Shown one piece after another: positions 43,410-53,537 of a stretch of DNA of 64,000 bases (position 1 is its first letter; each line of letters opens with the position of its first letter). This DNA comes from Candidatus Krumholzibacteriota bacterium (lineage in GTDB: Bacteria > Krumholzibacteriota > Krumholzibacteriia > JAJRXK01), in the NCBI GenBank assembly GCA_963764625.1, contig CAVXTH010000003.1, positions 1-64,000 of the forward strand. The letters run 5' to 3'. Both the position numbers and the translations under genes were made by a program. The notes under the pieces were generated by a model. It searched no databases and had not been told where the DNA came from. It saw nothing but the letters and a program-made list of their open reading frames with translations.

Positions 43410-45047
43410 TCAGCGCAATCGACGTAACTCGTAGCGCTCGCCGCGCCACACCAGGGTTCCCAGATTGGCGGGCGCGCGCGCGTCTCCGCGAAAGAGAACC
43501 ACTTCCTGCACCCCGGTCCGCAGGAGATCGTCCACGCAGTATTCGTTCAGACCCCGGCAACAGGCTCGCCTGAGCTGCCGCACTTCCATGGGGACGAAGC
43601 CGCTGCTCCCTCCCGCCACAGGGCGGCCGACGAGGACCGACCAGAGCATGCACCGCGCGTCCAGACTTGTCTCGTCCTCTTCGGTGCACGGAGTGGGGAG
43701 AGCGATCCACGCCCCCTGGTCGGGATCACTTCGCAGGGCCGAGAGTAAGGCCTGCTCTTCGGCGTCCGGCTGCGCCCGCACTCTCTCGAGTCCCGAGGGC
43801 ATGAGATCCAGGAGCGCGAGCGTCAGGCCCAGCAGCAGAAGCAGATGGAGCGGGGTCGAGCCGTGGGCGCGCCAATTTCCACGGAGCCTCATCGCGGCGT
43901 GACTCCCGGCCAGGGCGAGGAAGAGCGCGCCGGGGAGAAAAAGCCGGGTGGGAGCGCGCAGCGATTGCAGGGCCCAGAACCGGTCCTGGAGCCAGGCCAG
44001 AGGAAGCGGCACCTCTCCGAAGGGAGGCAGGGGCATGCTCCGTCCGAAGCTGAGGATCAGGCCCGCCAGGGCGGCCACCGCCATGGCCCACCACAGCGAA
44101 CGAATCGCGGCGCCGTGCTTGCCGCGCAGGGCGAGAACGAATCCGCAAAGGGCCACCCAGGGCCACAAGAGGCCGGCGTAGAGCACCGGCCGTTCGGGCA
44201 CGGGCTTGGGCCAGGGCAAAAGATGGACGGCGGGTGGATGCAGCAGATCGAAGGGACGGCCCGCGAACGGACCCACCGAACCCGGCCCGCGGACGAAGCC
44301 GGCCACCGCATCCGCCGCGTGCTGGTAGGGAGTGCCACTCTCGCGCGCCCACAAGAGGCCCAGCGCCAAAAGCAGCGTGAGCCCCAGCGCCTGCCGGGTC
44401 TTCAGAGCGTGCAAGGAGAAGAACGCAGCCAACAGAAGCGTCACCCACAGCGAGGCCAGATTGTAGAAGCCCCACAGCGGTTGCAAACCGAGCGCCAGCC
44501 CCAAGAACAAGAGCCCATCCCATCGCCCCTTGCCCAACCGCAACAGTCCCCACAGAGCCAGCGGCAAGAACGGGGTGGGAAGTTGGTTGAGATGGTGATA
44601 GTGCCCCGCCGCGTGCGGCCCGGCAGTGAAGACGAACGCGGCTAGAAGGGCCGCGGCTCGATCCAGGCCCAGCTCACGCGCCAGGCGTACGGTCGCCAAG
44701 AAAGCGAGGAGAAGAGTTCCCACGAGGCACAGGTTGTACGCCAGAGCAGGCAGAACGCGCATGCCGGGCAGAAACCGCACGAGCAACGACTGCCCGAAGA
44801 GCGAATCCATGTAGGCCAGACTGAAGGGAGCCGGCCAGAAGAATGGAGCCTGCCAGGCGCTCGCGTGCAGGGGCGAATGACGCACCACCCACTGCAGAAT
44901 TCCACACTGGAGCAGGGGATCGAGTCCCCCCGCGAGCGAGGGGAGATCCCGCAGCGGATTCGCGCGCGCGAGAAGCAGCGGCAACACCGCCGCGAAGAAT
45001 CCAGAGGCGAGCTGGAGGATCAGCCATGACCTGTCGCGACTTCGCAT
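43410..45047 (-). CDS. Polytopic membrane protein, YfhO/GT-C-like
   Basis: Early DPLL..IL.W loop, FFWP...SLAY.D, many TM segments, LRAPTR and a C-terminal GGSSGF.P periplasmic domain. Confidence 0.6.
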   Translation of the reverse strand: MRSRDRSWLILQLASGFFAAVLPLLLARANPLRDLPSLAGGLDPLLQCGILQWVVRHSPLHASAWQAPFFWPAPFSLAYMDSLFGQSLLVRFLPGMRVLPALAYNLCLVGTLLLAFLATVRLARELGLDRAAALLAAFVFTAGPHAAGHYHHLNQLPTPFLPLALWGLLRLGKGRWDGLLFLGLALGLQPLWGFYNLASLWVTLLLAAFFSLHALKTRQALGLTLLLALGLLWARESGTPYQHAADAVAGFVRGPGSVGPFAGRPFDLLHPPAVHLLPWPKPVPERPVLYAGLLWPWVALCGFVLALRGKHGAAIRSLWWAMAVAALAGLILSFGRSMPLPPFGEVPLPLAWLQDRFWALQSLRAPTRLFLPGALFLALAGSHAAMRLRGNWRAHGSTPLHLLLLLGLTLALLDLMPSGLERVRAQPDAEEQALLSALRSDPDQGAWIALPTPCTEEDETSLDARCMLWSVLVGRPVAGGSSGFVPMEVRQLRRACCRGLNEYCVDDLLRTGVQEVVLFRGDARAPANLGTLVWRGERYELRRLR

Positions 45048-45062
45048 GGTGGAAACCGCTCT

Positions 45063-47084
45063 CTAGTTGACGTAGCCGAGCGAACGCAAACGTTCCCGCA
45101 GCGCGGGATCGTCGATGATCTCGTGGGGGATCTTGCTCGCCTCGTGCCGCCAGCGATCGAGCGCGTCCAGGAGAGTTCGTTCGCGCGCACTCAGCTCGCT
45201 CGCCTCCAGCGGCACGTCCACTTCGGCCATGGGGCCGCAGGCGTCGATGCGAGAGAAGGTGAGCAACTCGTCGTCGCGCAGGATCCCCTCTCCTCCCTCG
45301 AAGAGGAAGCGGGTGCGCTGGGTTCCGTACAGAAGGTCTTCCGCCAAGAGGGCCGGAGGGGAACAGCCAGTTTCAGTTTCGGTTTCAGGGTCGGCGTTCT
45401 CACCCTCCACCTGACCCGCCCGCTGCAACTCTGCGCTTCGGTCCACCCCGAAGACGTAGGGCGCGAGGATCGAGTCCACCGCCGCCAGTGCCCTTCCCTT
45501 GGGCTGCATCGCGGGCAGACCCAGAAGCGAGAGGACGGTGGGCCCAACATCCTCGAGTTTCATTCCTTTTGCGGTGGCCCCCTCGGGCAGGCCGTTCCCA
45601 CCGAAGACGAGCGGAACCCGCAACAACTCGCCGTAGAGAGTGTGCCCGTGCTCGAATCCTCCGTGCTCGAAGAACTCCTCCCCGTGATCGCTGGCCAGGA
45701 CCCAGAGCAGCGGCCGATCTCCGCTGCCGATTTGCGCGGCGTGCAGGAGCGCGAGCACCTGCCGGTCGAGGAAGAAGATCTCGCGCTGGTAGAGTTCGCG
45801 CAGCGCCGCCTCGCCCAGTGGCCCCAGACTTTGTGCCGCCCCGCGAATAACGCGGAGATTTCGTACCGCTCCGCGAATGAGGTAGGGCTTGAGCGGATCC
45901 AGCCAGGGGCCGGGATGAGGATCCGTCGTCTCCCCGTGTGCCCCCCGAAGGTGATAGGGCATGTGGGGATCGATCACGTGTACCCAGACCATCCAGGGGC
46001 CGGCTTCGCCGCGGTTCAGCCACTTCACCGCCTTGTGGATGATGCGGTCCCCGCGCTCCAGTCTCTCCTGGAGTTTCCGGTGTAGGGTGCGGACCCAGAT
46101 CATCTGCTCCACCGGCTCCAGCGACTCCAGACGGCCAGCATGATCGAAGTGATCGAACCCGCGGCCAAAACCAAGCCCCGCTTCGAGGTGAGGATTGCTG
46201 ACGTAGGCCCGGGTCTGCCAGCCTTGCTCTTGAAGGACCTGGGGCCACCACGAAACCTCGGGAGAAACCCCGCGCTCGCGGTTGGCTCCGTGTCCGGTGG
46301 GCGCGACACCCGAAAAGAGCGAGGCAAAGCTGGGCCTGGTCCACGGCGCGCAGCTGAATCCCTCGCAGCGTACCCCCTCACCAATCCACTCGTCGAATCC
46401 CGGGGTGGCGGGTCCACCATAACTTCCCAGAGCGTCGGGACGCAGGGTGTCGATCGTGAAGAGAAGGAGATTGGGAGCGTCCGCCGGCGCGACGCGGGAG
46501 CTTCGCGGCGAGGACGGAACTCCAAGCGAGAGAAGAGCGGCGCCGATCAGAACCACCAGAACCACTCCCAATCCGGCAAGCAGCGGGAGCCCCAGGTACA
46601 TTCGCGCGCTGAAGCGCAGCCAACCCCGGCTCAGCACGACGGCCACCACGCCGGCGCAGAGCGCGGCCACACACGCCAGCCCGAGAGTCTCCCAGGCGAA
46701 CAGGGTCTCGTGGTAATAGCTCAACAGCGGCCAGTGGGAAAAGCGAGCCAGATGATCCAGATCGACCCAGAGGGTGGGAAAGAGCGCCGCCACCCAACAC
46801 AGGAAGAGCCCACTCGATGAGGCGCCCGAGCGAGGGCGAGAGAACCCGGCGCGCACTGCCATCTTTGCCAACAGAGCGAGCAGCGCGGGCAGCAGAAACA
46901 ACAGAGCCTGCAGGCCGATGATTCCCAGCCACGATGCGCCGTCGTGACGCGGATGACCGATCGGAGGCGGACCGCTCCGGTGGTAGAAGCACTCCGCGGC
47001 GCCCAGGAGCGCGCCGCAAAGTCCGATCAAAGGAAGCACACGGAGGAGCGAAGGAGCTTCTCCACGATCGGAAGGAACACGCAA
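45063..47084 (-). CDS. Membrane-anchored sulfatase-like (alkaline phosphatase superfamily) hydrolase/transferase
   Basis: About five N-terminal TMs, PNLLLFTIDTLRPD, WTRPSFAS, DPHMPY, SDHGEEF.EHG..EHG and C-terminal LRSLGYV. Confidence 0.85.
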   Translation of the reverse strand: MRVPSDRGEAPSLLRVLPLIGLCGALLGAAECFYHRSGPPPIGHPRHDGASWLGIIGLQALLFLLPALLALLAKMAVRAGFSRPRSGASSSGLFLCWVAALFPTLWVDLDHLARFSHWPLLSYYHETLFAWETLGLACVAALCAGVVAVVLSRGWLRFSARMYLGLPLLAGLGVVLVVLIGAALLSLGVPSSPRSSRVAPADAPNLLLFTIDTLRPDALGSYGGPATPGFDEWIGEGVRCEGFSCAPWTRPSFASLFSGVAPTGHGANRERGVSPEVSWWPQVLQEQGWQTRAYVSNPHLEAGLGFGRGFDHFDHAGRLESLEPVEQMIWVRTLHRKLQERLERGDRIIHKAVKWLNRGEAGPWMVWVHVIDPHMPYHLRGAHGETTDPHPGPWLDPLKPYLIRGAVRNLRVIRGAAQSLGPLGEAALRELYQREIFFLDRQVLALLHAAQIGSGDRPLLWVLASDHGEEFFEHGGFEHGHTLYGELLRVPLVFGGNGLPEGATAKGMKLEDVGPTVLSLLGLPAMQPKGRALAAVDSILAPYVFGVDRSAELQRAGQVEGENADPETETETGCSPPALLAEDLLYGTQRTRFLFEGGEGILRDDELLTFSRIDACGPMAEVDVPLEASELSARERTLLDALDRWRHEASKIPHEIIDDPALRERLRSLGYVN

Positions 47085-47096
47085 GATGATGGTCCC

Positions 47097-48563
47097 TTAG
47101 AAAGTGCGCGCCAATGCCGCCGCTCCGAGACGCGCCAAGTCGGCGACCGACGAGGGGAACAACCCGATCCACAAGAGCAACACCGCCGCGACTCCCATCG
47201 CCGCCGCGGCCTGCACGTCGTCACCGATGTAGGCTTCCTCGCCCGGCGACCTCATGTAGAGATAGACCACGACGCGCAGATAGTAGAAAGCCGCCACTGC
47301 GCTGTTCAAGAGAGCGACCACGGCCAGACCGATCATGCCCTTGGAAATGACCGCGCCAAAGACGTAGAACTTGCCCCAGAAACCCGCGGTGGGTGGCACT
47401 CCAGCCAGACTCAACATGCAGATCGTCAGGTACAAGCTCACCCAGGGATGCCGCTTGGCCAGGCCGGCGAATCCCTGCAGTTGCATGCGCTCTCCGCGAC
47501 CGCGGCTCACGAACGTGATGGCCCCGAACGCTCCGATGTTCATGAGGGCGTAGACCGCCAGGTAGAATAGAATGCCACTGGTGGCCGCGTCGTGGGTCTC
47601 CGATCCCACCGCCACCACCCCCAGCAGCAGATAACCGGCGTGGGCGATGGCAGAGTAGGCCAGCATCCGTTTCAGGTTGCTCTGAGCCAGAGCCACGATG
47701 TTACCGAAGCTCATGGTCAGGATCGAGAACGCGATGAGCAGAGGACCCAGCTTGTCGCTCAGGACGGGCAGCCCGGTCCAGACCACGCGCAAGAGGACCG
47801 CGAAGGCGGCGGCTTTCACTCCCGCCGCCATATAGCCGGCGACCGGGGCCGGCGCACCGGCGTAGACGTCCGGGGTCCACTGATGGAAGGGGACCATCGC
47901 GATCTTGAAGCCCAGGCCCACCACCAAGAGGCCCCAACCGGCCCAGAACACCGGATTGCTGCGTAGCAGGGCGTTCCCCCCCATGCGCGCGCCCAGGACC
48001 TCGAGCTGCGTGGTACCGGTCGTGCCGTAGATCAACCCGATGCCGTAGAGCAGGAAGGCCGAGGCGAAGGCCCCCAGGATGAGATACTTGAACCCGGCCT
48101 CCTGGCTGTGGATGGAGTCCCGCTGGAGCGCCGCGAGCACGTAGACCCCGATCGACATCAGCTCGAGCGAGAGGAAGATCGCCACCAAATCGGTAGAAGA
48201 CGCCAGGAGCATCATGCCCGCGGTGGCAAAGAGAATCAGGGGATAGAACTCCGGCATCGGCCGCATCTGGCGGCGCAGATAGACCGCCCCCAGGCTCACC
48301 GTCAACAGTCCCGTCATCACGAACACGAGCTCGAAGAACGACGAGTACGCATCAGCGCGGATGACCCCGTGAAACAGGGTGTTGCCGCCGCGAACGATCG
48401 AGGCATTCGCGGCGAGTCCGGCCAGAACCAGAAACAGCGCCGAAAGAATCGACAGATGGTCGGAGTCACGGCGCGGCCAGAATGCCTCGACCATGAGCAC
48501 CACGACTCCGCCGAGCACCAGCCACAGGATGGGAGTGATCTGCCCGAGTTCGGACCAACTCAT
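47097..48563 (-). CDS. nuoN: NADH-quinone oxidoreductase subunit N
   Basis: EAGFKY, FKIAMVPFHQWTPDVY, KRMLAYS and AGFWGK motifs. Last gene of the operon. Confidence 0.95.
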   Translation of the reverse strand: MSWSELGQITPILWLVLGGVVVLMVEAFWPRRDSDHLSILSALFLVLAGLAANASIVRGGNTLFHGVIRADAYSSFFELVFVMTGLLTVSLGAVYLRRQMRPMPEFYPLILFATAGMMLLASSTDLVAIFLSLELMSIGVYVLAALQRDSIHSQEAGFKYLILGAFASAFLLYGIGLIYGTTGTTQLEVLGARMGGNALLRSNPVFWAGWGLLVVGLGFKIAMVPFHQWTPDVYAGAPAPVAGYMAAGVKAAAFAVLLRVVWTGLPVLSDKLGPLLIAFSILTMSFGNIVALAQSNLKRMLAYSAIAHAGYLLLGVVAVGSETHDAATSGILFYLAVYALMNIGAFGAITFVSRGRGERMQLQGFAGLAKRHPWVSLYLTICMLSLAGVPPTAGFWGKFYVFGAVISKGMIGLAVVALLNSAVAAFYYLRVVVYLYMRSPGEEAYIGDDVQAAAAMGVAAVLLLWIGLFPSSVADLARLGAAALARTF

Positions 48564-50141
48564 CGCCGCACCTCCTGCCCGCTCGTGACCTCGGGCTCCA
48601 CCGCCTCGAGCTCGGCCCACTTCGCCGTCGCGTTGTCGTCCTGCCGAGCGAGTTGGGTCCGTTGATATTCGATGACCGCGCGAAGATCGGGTTCCATCTT
48701 CTTGAGCCAGGGAGAGGGTTGCACGCCCATCCAGAGAATGAAGAAGAACAACGGCACCACCACGAGCACTTCGCGAAGACTGAGATCTTTGAGGCCCTTG
48801 TTCTCGCTCTTCACGCAGTCGCCCAGGAACACCCTCTGGTACACCCACAACATGTAGAGGGCCCCGAGAATGACCCCTAGGGCCGCGATCACAGTGAAGC
48901 CGGTGGCCCAATTCAAGCTGAGACTCTTGAACGAGCCGACCAGTACCAGAAATTCTCCCACAAAACCCGAGAGCCCGGGAAGGCCCACGCTGGCCAACGT
49001 CGCAATCATGAACGCCGTCGCGTACAGCGGCATCACGCGCGCGATGCCGCCAAACTCCGAGATCTCACGCGTGTGTCTCCGCTCGTAAATGAAGCCCACC
49101 AAGAGGAAGAGGCTTCCCGTGGCCAGACCGTGACTCAGCATCACGAAGACTGCACCCGACATCGATTCCACCGTCAATGCGAAGAGCCCCAGGACGACGA
49201 ACCCGAGATGGCTCACCGACGAGTAAGCCACCAGCCGCTTCACGTCCTTCTGCACCATCGCCACCAGGGCCCCGTAGACGATCCCGATGACCGCAAGGAC
49301 ACAGAGGAAGGGAGCGAAGCGCGCGACGGCGAGGGGAAAGAACGGAATGGCGAAGCGGACCAGACCGTAAGTCCCCATTTTCAGCAGACACCCCCGCCAG
49401 CACCACCGAACCGGCGGTGGGGGCTTCCACGTGTGCGTCGGGAAGCCAGGTGTGCAGGGGAAAGATCGGCACCTTGATGGCGAACGCCACCACGAACGCG
49501 CCGAAGAGCCAGGCCTGTTGCGATCCGGTGAGGGTCAGGTTTCTGAACGCGAACCAGGAGAACGAACCCGCCCCGGCTTTATACATGTACAGAATCGCGG
49601 CGAGCATCAGGACGCTGCCCGCGAAGGTATACAGGAAGAACTTCACCGAGGCGTAGACGCGGCGCTTCCCGCCCCAGATCCCGATGATCAGGGCCATCGG
49701 GATGAGCATGGCTTCCCAGAACACGTAAAAGAGTACCATGTCGGTGGCGCAGAAGGTCCCCAGCATCGCGGTCTGCAGAAGAAGCAAGAACGCCATGAAC
49801 TCCCGGACCCTCTCGCGCACCGCGTTCCAGGTGGAGACCACCAGGATCGGACCCAAAAAAGTGGTGAGCAAAAGCAACCACAGGCTGATGCCGTCCAGCC
49901 CCAAGGCGTAGTGAATCCCCAAGCGCGGGACCCAGTTGACGTTCTCCACGAATCGGAAGCCAACTCCAGATTCGAAACCGGCCAGGAGTTTCAGGCTCAG
50001 GATGAAGTCCAGAACCAGCACCACGGCCGCGAGGACTTTGGCGCTGCGGTCACAACCCCGCGGAAGCAAGAGGAGTGGGATGACTCCGAGCAAGGGCAGG
50101 AAGATCACCCAACTGAGGAGATGATTTGCGATCGCTTCCAT
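48560..50141 (-). CDS. nuoM: NADH-quinone oxidoreductase subunit M; 1-nt frameshift near 49388
   Basis: HTWLPDAHVEAPTAGSVVLAGV is in ORF 49065..50141 and continues as LLKMGTYG in ORF 48560..49378. Confidence 0.93.
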
Positions 50142-50150
50142 CTTCCCTTC

Positions 50151-52163
50151 CTAGAGGTGGCGGATCAGGTAGAAGAGGATCACCAACGCGCCGAAGGTGA
50201 ACGAATACGCGTACCAACGCAGCATTCCGTTTTGCAAGAGCCGCAGGACCGAACCCAGAATCCCCAACAACCTCGCGGGGCCGTTGACCAGTACCCCGTC
50301 GATCAGAGTGGAGTCGGTGAGCCGGTAGAACACGTTTTCGCTGATCCAGTACCCCGGCTTGACGATGAGCGTCTCGTAGATCTCGTCCACGAAATACTTG
50401 CCGCTGAGCAGCCAGTACACTCTTCCGTTGGCCATCGAGCGTCCTCTTTGGGCGAGCTCGAAGCGCTTCGTATAGATCAGGGTTCCGGCCACGATTCCCA
50501 CGATTGCCAGAGCCAAGGACAGAAGGGCCAGAGTCCATTCGGTCGCCGCGGCTCCGTGCGCGGCCACCGTGTGCGCGGCCTCGGCGCCGGTAGTCATGGC
50601 CGCGTGCGTCACCGTCTCACCGTGCGCCGCTTCGGCCGTGGAAGCGCTGCCGTTGAAGACCGGCTCGAGCCAGGCCTCGAAGCGGTTTCCGCCGCCCAGG
50701 AAATGGGGCCAGCCGATCCACCCGCCCACCAGACTTCCCACCCCGAGCAGGATCAAGGGGATCGTCATCACCGCGGGACTCTCGTGCACATGGTGCGCGT
50801 GCTCTTCATCCCCCCGGCTCGTCCCGAAGAAGGTGAGGGCCATGAGGCGCATCATGTAGAAAGCGGTCAGACCCGCCACCGCGAAGCCGATGAGCCAGAG
50901 CACTCTCGAATCGAGGAAGGTCCGGTAGAGAATCTCGTCCTTGGAGAAGAAGCCCGCGAAGGGGAAGACTCCCGCGATGGCCAGGGTTGCCATGGACATG
51001 GTGACGAAGGTGATGGGCAGCTTTCCCCTCAGCCCGCCCATGTGTCGCATGTCCTGCTGATGGTGCAGGGCGTTGATCACCGAGCCGGCGCCGAGGAAGA
51101 GCAAGGCCTTGAAGAACGCGTGGGTCATCACGTGGAAGATGCCGGCCGCGAACGCACCCACTCCGCAGGCCAGGAACATGTAGCCGAGCTGGGACACGGT
51201 GGAATAGGCGAGCACCTTCTTGATGTCGTTCTGGGTGAGGGCGATCGTCGCCGCCACCAACGCGGTCAGAGCGCCGATGACCGCCACCACTCCCATCGCC
51301 ACCGGCGAGAGCACGAAGAGGAAGTTCAGCCGCGCGACCATGTAGACACCGGCCGTGACCATGGTCGCGGCGTGGATCAAGGCCGAGACCGGAGTGGGAC
51401 CCGCCATCGCGTCGGGCAACCACACGAAGAGGGGGATCTGGGCGCTCTTCCCGGTCGCGCCCATGAAGAGAAGGAGACAGACCGCGGTCGCCACCGGCGC
51501 CAGCAGCTCCTTGTGCTGCGCCAGAACGGTGAACGAGAAGAGGTTCTCCCCGCCGACGTGTCCGCCCAGAGTGCGCGCGATGATGAGCATCCCCAACAAA
51601 AACCCGAAATCGCCCACGCGATTCACGAGGAAGGCTTTCTTTCCCGCCGCGCTGTTCAGCAAGTCCTCGAACCAGAATCCGATGAGCAGATAGGAGCAGA
51701 GCCCGACTCCTTCCCAACCCACGAAGAGAAGCGGCAGGTTGTCGCCCAACACCAGGATCAACATCATGCCCACGAAGAGATTCAGGTACGCGAAGTAGCG
51801 TTGGACTCCGCGGTCTCCCTTCATGTAGCCGATGCTGTAGATGTGGATGAGAAAGGCAACTCCGGTGACGAAGAGGATCATGACGGCGGTGAGCTGATCC
51901 ACCATGAACGAGACGTCGATCCGCAGATCCCCGACCGGTATCCAGGGATACACGAAGTCAGTCAGCAGCCGATCGCCCACCGGCAGGGCGCGCAGGTCGA
52001 GAAAAGCCTTCAGCGAGAGCAAGAACGAACCCAGTACCGTGAGCGAGGCGATCGACCCCGCGAAGATCCTGGGCAGTCGCCGGTTCAGGATTCCGTTGAG
52101 CGCCGCCCCCGCCAAGGGCAGGAGCACGATGAAGCGCAAGTACTCGGCCATGGTGGCGTGCAT
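50151..52163 (-). CDS. nuoL: NADH-quinone oxidoreductase subunit L
   Basis: GWEGVG, KSAQIPL..WLPDAMAGPTPVSALIHAATMV and THAFFKA motifs. Confidence 0.96.
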   Translation of the reverse strand: MHATMAEYLRFIVLLPLAGAALNGILNRRLPRIFAGSIASLTVLGSFLLSLKAFLDLRALPVGDRLLTDFVYPWIPVGDLRIDVSFMVDQLTAVMILFVTGVAFLIHIYSIGYMKGDRGVQRYFAYLNLFVGMMLILVLGDNLPLLFVGWEGVGLCSYLLIGFWFEDLLNSAAGKKAFLVNRVGDFGFLLGMLIIARTLGGHVGGENLFSFTVLAQHKELLAPVATAVCLLLFMGATGKSAQIPLFVWLPDAMAGPTPVSALIHAATMVTAGVYMVARLNFLFVLSPVAMGVVAVIGALTALVAATIALTQNDIKKVLAYSTVSQLGYMFLACGVGAFAAGIFHVMTHAFFKALLFLGAGSVINALHHQQDMRHMGGLRGKLPITFVTMSMATLAIAGVFPFAGFFSKDEILYRTFLDSRVLWLIGFAVAGLTAFYMMRLMALTFFGTSRGDEEHAHHVHESPAVMTIPLILLGVGSLVGGWIGWPHFLGGGNRFEAWLEPVFNGSASTAEAAHGETVTHAAMTTGAEAAHTVAAHGAAATEWTLALLSLALAIVGIVAGTLIYTKRFELAQRGRSMANGRVYWLLSGKYFVDEIYETLIVKPGYWISENVFYRLTDSTLIDGVLVNGPARLLGILGSVLRLLQNGMLRWYAYSFTFGALVILFYLIRHL

Positions 52164-52166
52164 GCC

Positions 52167-52472
52167 CTACTCCATCAGTTGGCGGAAGTGATCGACGTCC
52201 ACCGTGTCACGTTTGCGGAAGATCTCGACGAGAATGGCCAACCCCACCGCGGCCTCAGCCGCGGCCACCGCCAGAACGAAAAGCACGAGCACGTGCCCCG
52301 TGTGATCACCCAGATAGCGACTGAACGCCAGAATGCTGACGTTGGCTCCGGTGAGCATCAACTCGATCGACATGAACATCACCAGAGCGTTCCGCCGGAA
52401 GATCACTCCGGCCACTCCGATCGAAAACAGCAGAGCGGAGAGGATGAGATAGTGATTCAGGCCGATGGTCAT
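52167..52472 (-). CDS. nuoK: NADH-quinone oxidoreductase subunit K
   Basis: RRN, MSIELML and VAAAEAAVGLA motifs. Confidence 0.95.
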   Translation of the reverse strand: MTIGLNHYLILSALLFSIGVAGVIFRRNALVMFMSIELMLTGANVSILAFSRYLGDHTGHVLVLFVLAVAAAEAAVGLAILVEIFRKRDTVDVDHFRQLME

Positions 52473-52473
52473 T

Positions 52474-53004
52474 TCAGGACTCCCCCCCGTCGTCCGGGGA
52501 GATCCCGGCCGCCACGGCCGGCCTCTTGCGGGCGATGTAGACCGCGCCGATCACCGCCACCAAGAGCAGAAGGCCGGCCACCTCGAAGAGAAACAAGTAA
52601 TCGACCAGGAGCTTTTGGCTGACCGCGTTCACGGTGCCGTAAGTGGAGGAAACCACTCCCATTTGCCGCGGGTCGTCGCCCATGAATCTGGAGAGCAGAG
52701 CCGCGAACGCGAGCACGGTCAAGGACGCCAGCAGCGGCACCAGTCGGCCACGCGAGACCCTGATACGGCTCGAGTCGCCCAAGAACATGGTCACGAAGAG
52801 GAAGAACACCATGATCGCCCCGGCGTAGACCAGAACCTGAAGCACCGCCAGGAAATGGGCCGAGAGGGTCGCGAAGATCGCGGCCACGTTCAGGAAGCAG
52901 GCGATGAGCCAGAACACTGAAGTCACCGCGTCGCGGCGCGTCACCATGGCCAGGGCGCAAATGACCGACAGAGTGGCGAAGACGTAGAACAAGACGGCTT
53001 GCAT
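52474..53004 (-). CDS. nuoJ: NADH-quinone oxidoreductase subunit J
   Basis: QVLVYAGAIMV and FE...LLLLVA.IGA motifs. Confidence 0.95.
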   Translation of the reverse strand: MQAVLFYVFATLSVICALAMVTRRDAVTSVFWLIACFLNVAAIFATLSAHFLAVLQVLVYAGAIMVFFLFVTMFLGDSSRIRVSRGRLVPLLASLTVLAFAALLSRFMGDDPRQMGVVSSTYGTVNAVSQKLLVDYLFLFEVAGLLLLVAVIGAVYIARKRPAVAAGISPDDGGES

Positions 53005-53525
53005 CAGGACTTCACCCCGTCAGTGGTGTTGTTGAGGAGGAAGTCGAGATCGACCACGAACTTCTCACGCGAATCTGCGGCGATCTCGAAAATTCCGGTA
53101 TCCATTCGGATCGCGTCGCACGGACAGGCTTCGACGCACATGCCGCAATAGACGCAGCGAAGCAGATCGATCACGAAAGTCTCGGGACGCTTCTCCACGT
53201 CGTTGCGATCGTCGGCCATGGCCACGATGTCGATGCAATCGGCCGGGCACACGGTGGAGCACATCTGGCAGGCCACGCAACGCGGCGACCCGTCCTCCCT
53301 CTTCATCAGACGATGCCGGCTTCGAAGCCAGGTGCCATAGTTGGGCTTCTCGTCGGGATACTGCAGGGTCGGCATATCGCTCATGTGAAAGAGATTCGTC
53401 ACGAAGTGACGCGCGGTGATGTACATCCCCCTGAGAATTTCTTTCAGATACCAGAGTTCAGCGCCGCGCATTTTCGCGCCGCGCCCGCCGGTCTTGGCTT
53501 CTGGTCCGTGGATCGAGTACGGCAT
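53004..53525 (-). CDS. nuoI: NADH-quinone oxidoreductase subunit I
   Basis: Two 4Fe-4S motifs, CVACQMCSTVCP and CVYCGMCVEACP. Confidence 0.95.
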   Translation of the reverse strand: MPYSIHGPEAKTGGRGAKMRGAELWYLKEILRGMYITARHFVTNLFHMSDMPTLQYPDEKPNYGTWLRSRHRLMKREDGSPRCVACQMCSTVCPADCIDIVAMADDRNDVEKRPETFVIDLLRCVYCGMCVEACPCDAIRMDTGIFEIAADSREKFVVDLDFLLNNTTDGVKS

Positions 53526-53537
53526 CCAGTCGGCCTC

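Noticed and set aside
49375-49400. nuoM pseudogene or programmed frameshift
   Set aside because: There is a single extra base in the conserved LAGVLLKMG motif of an otherwise intact operon, so sequencing error is most likely.
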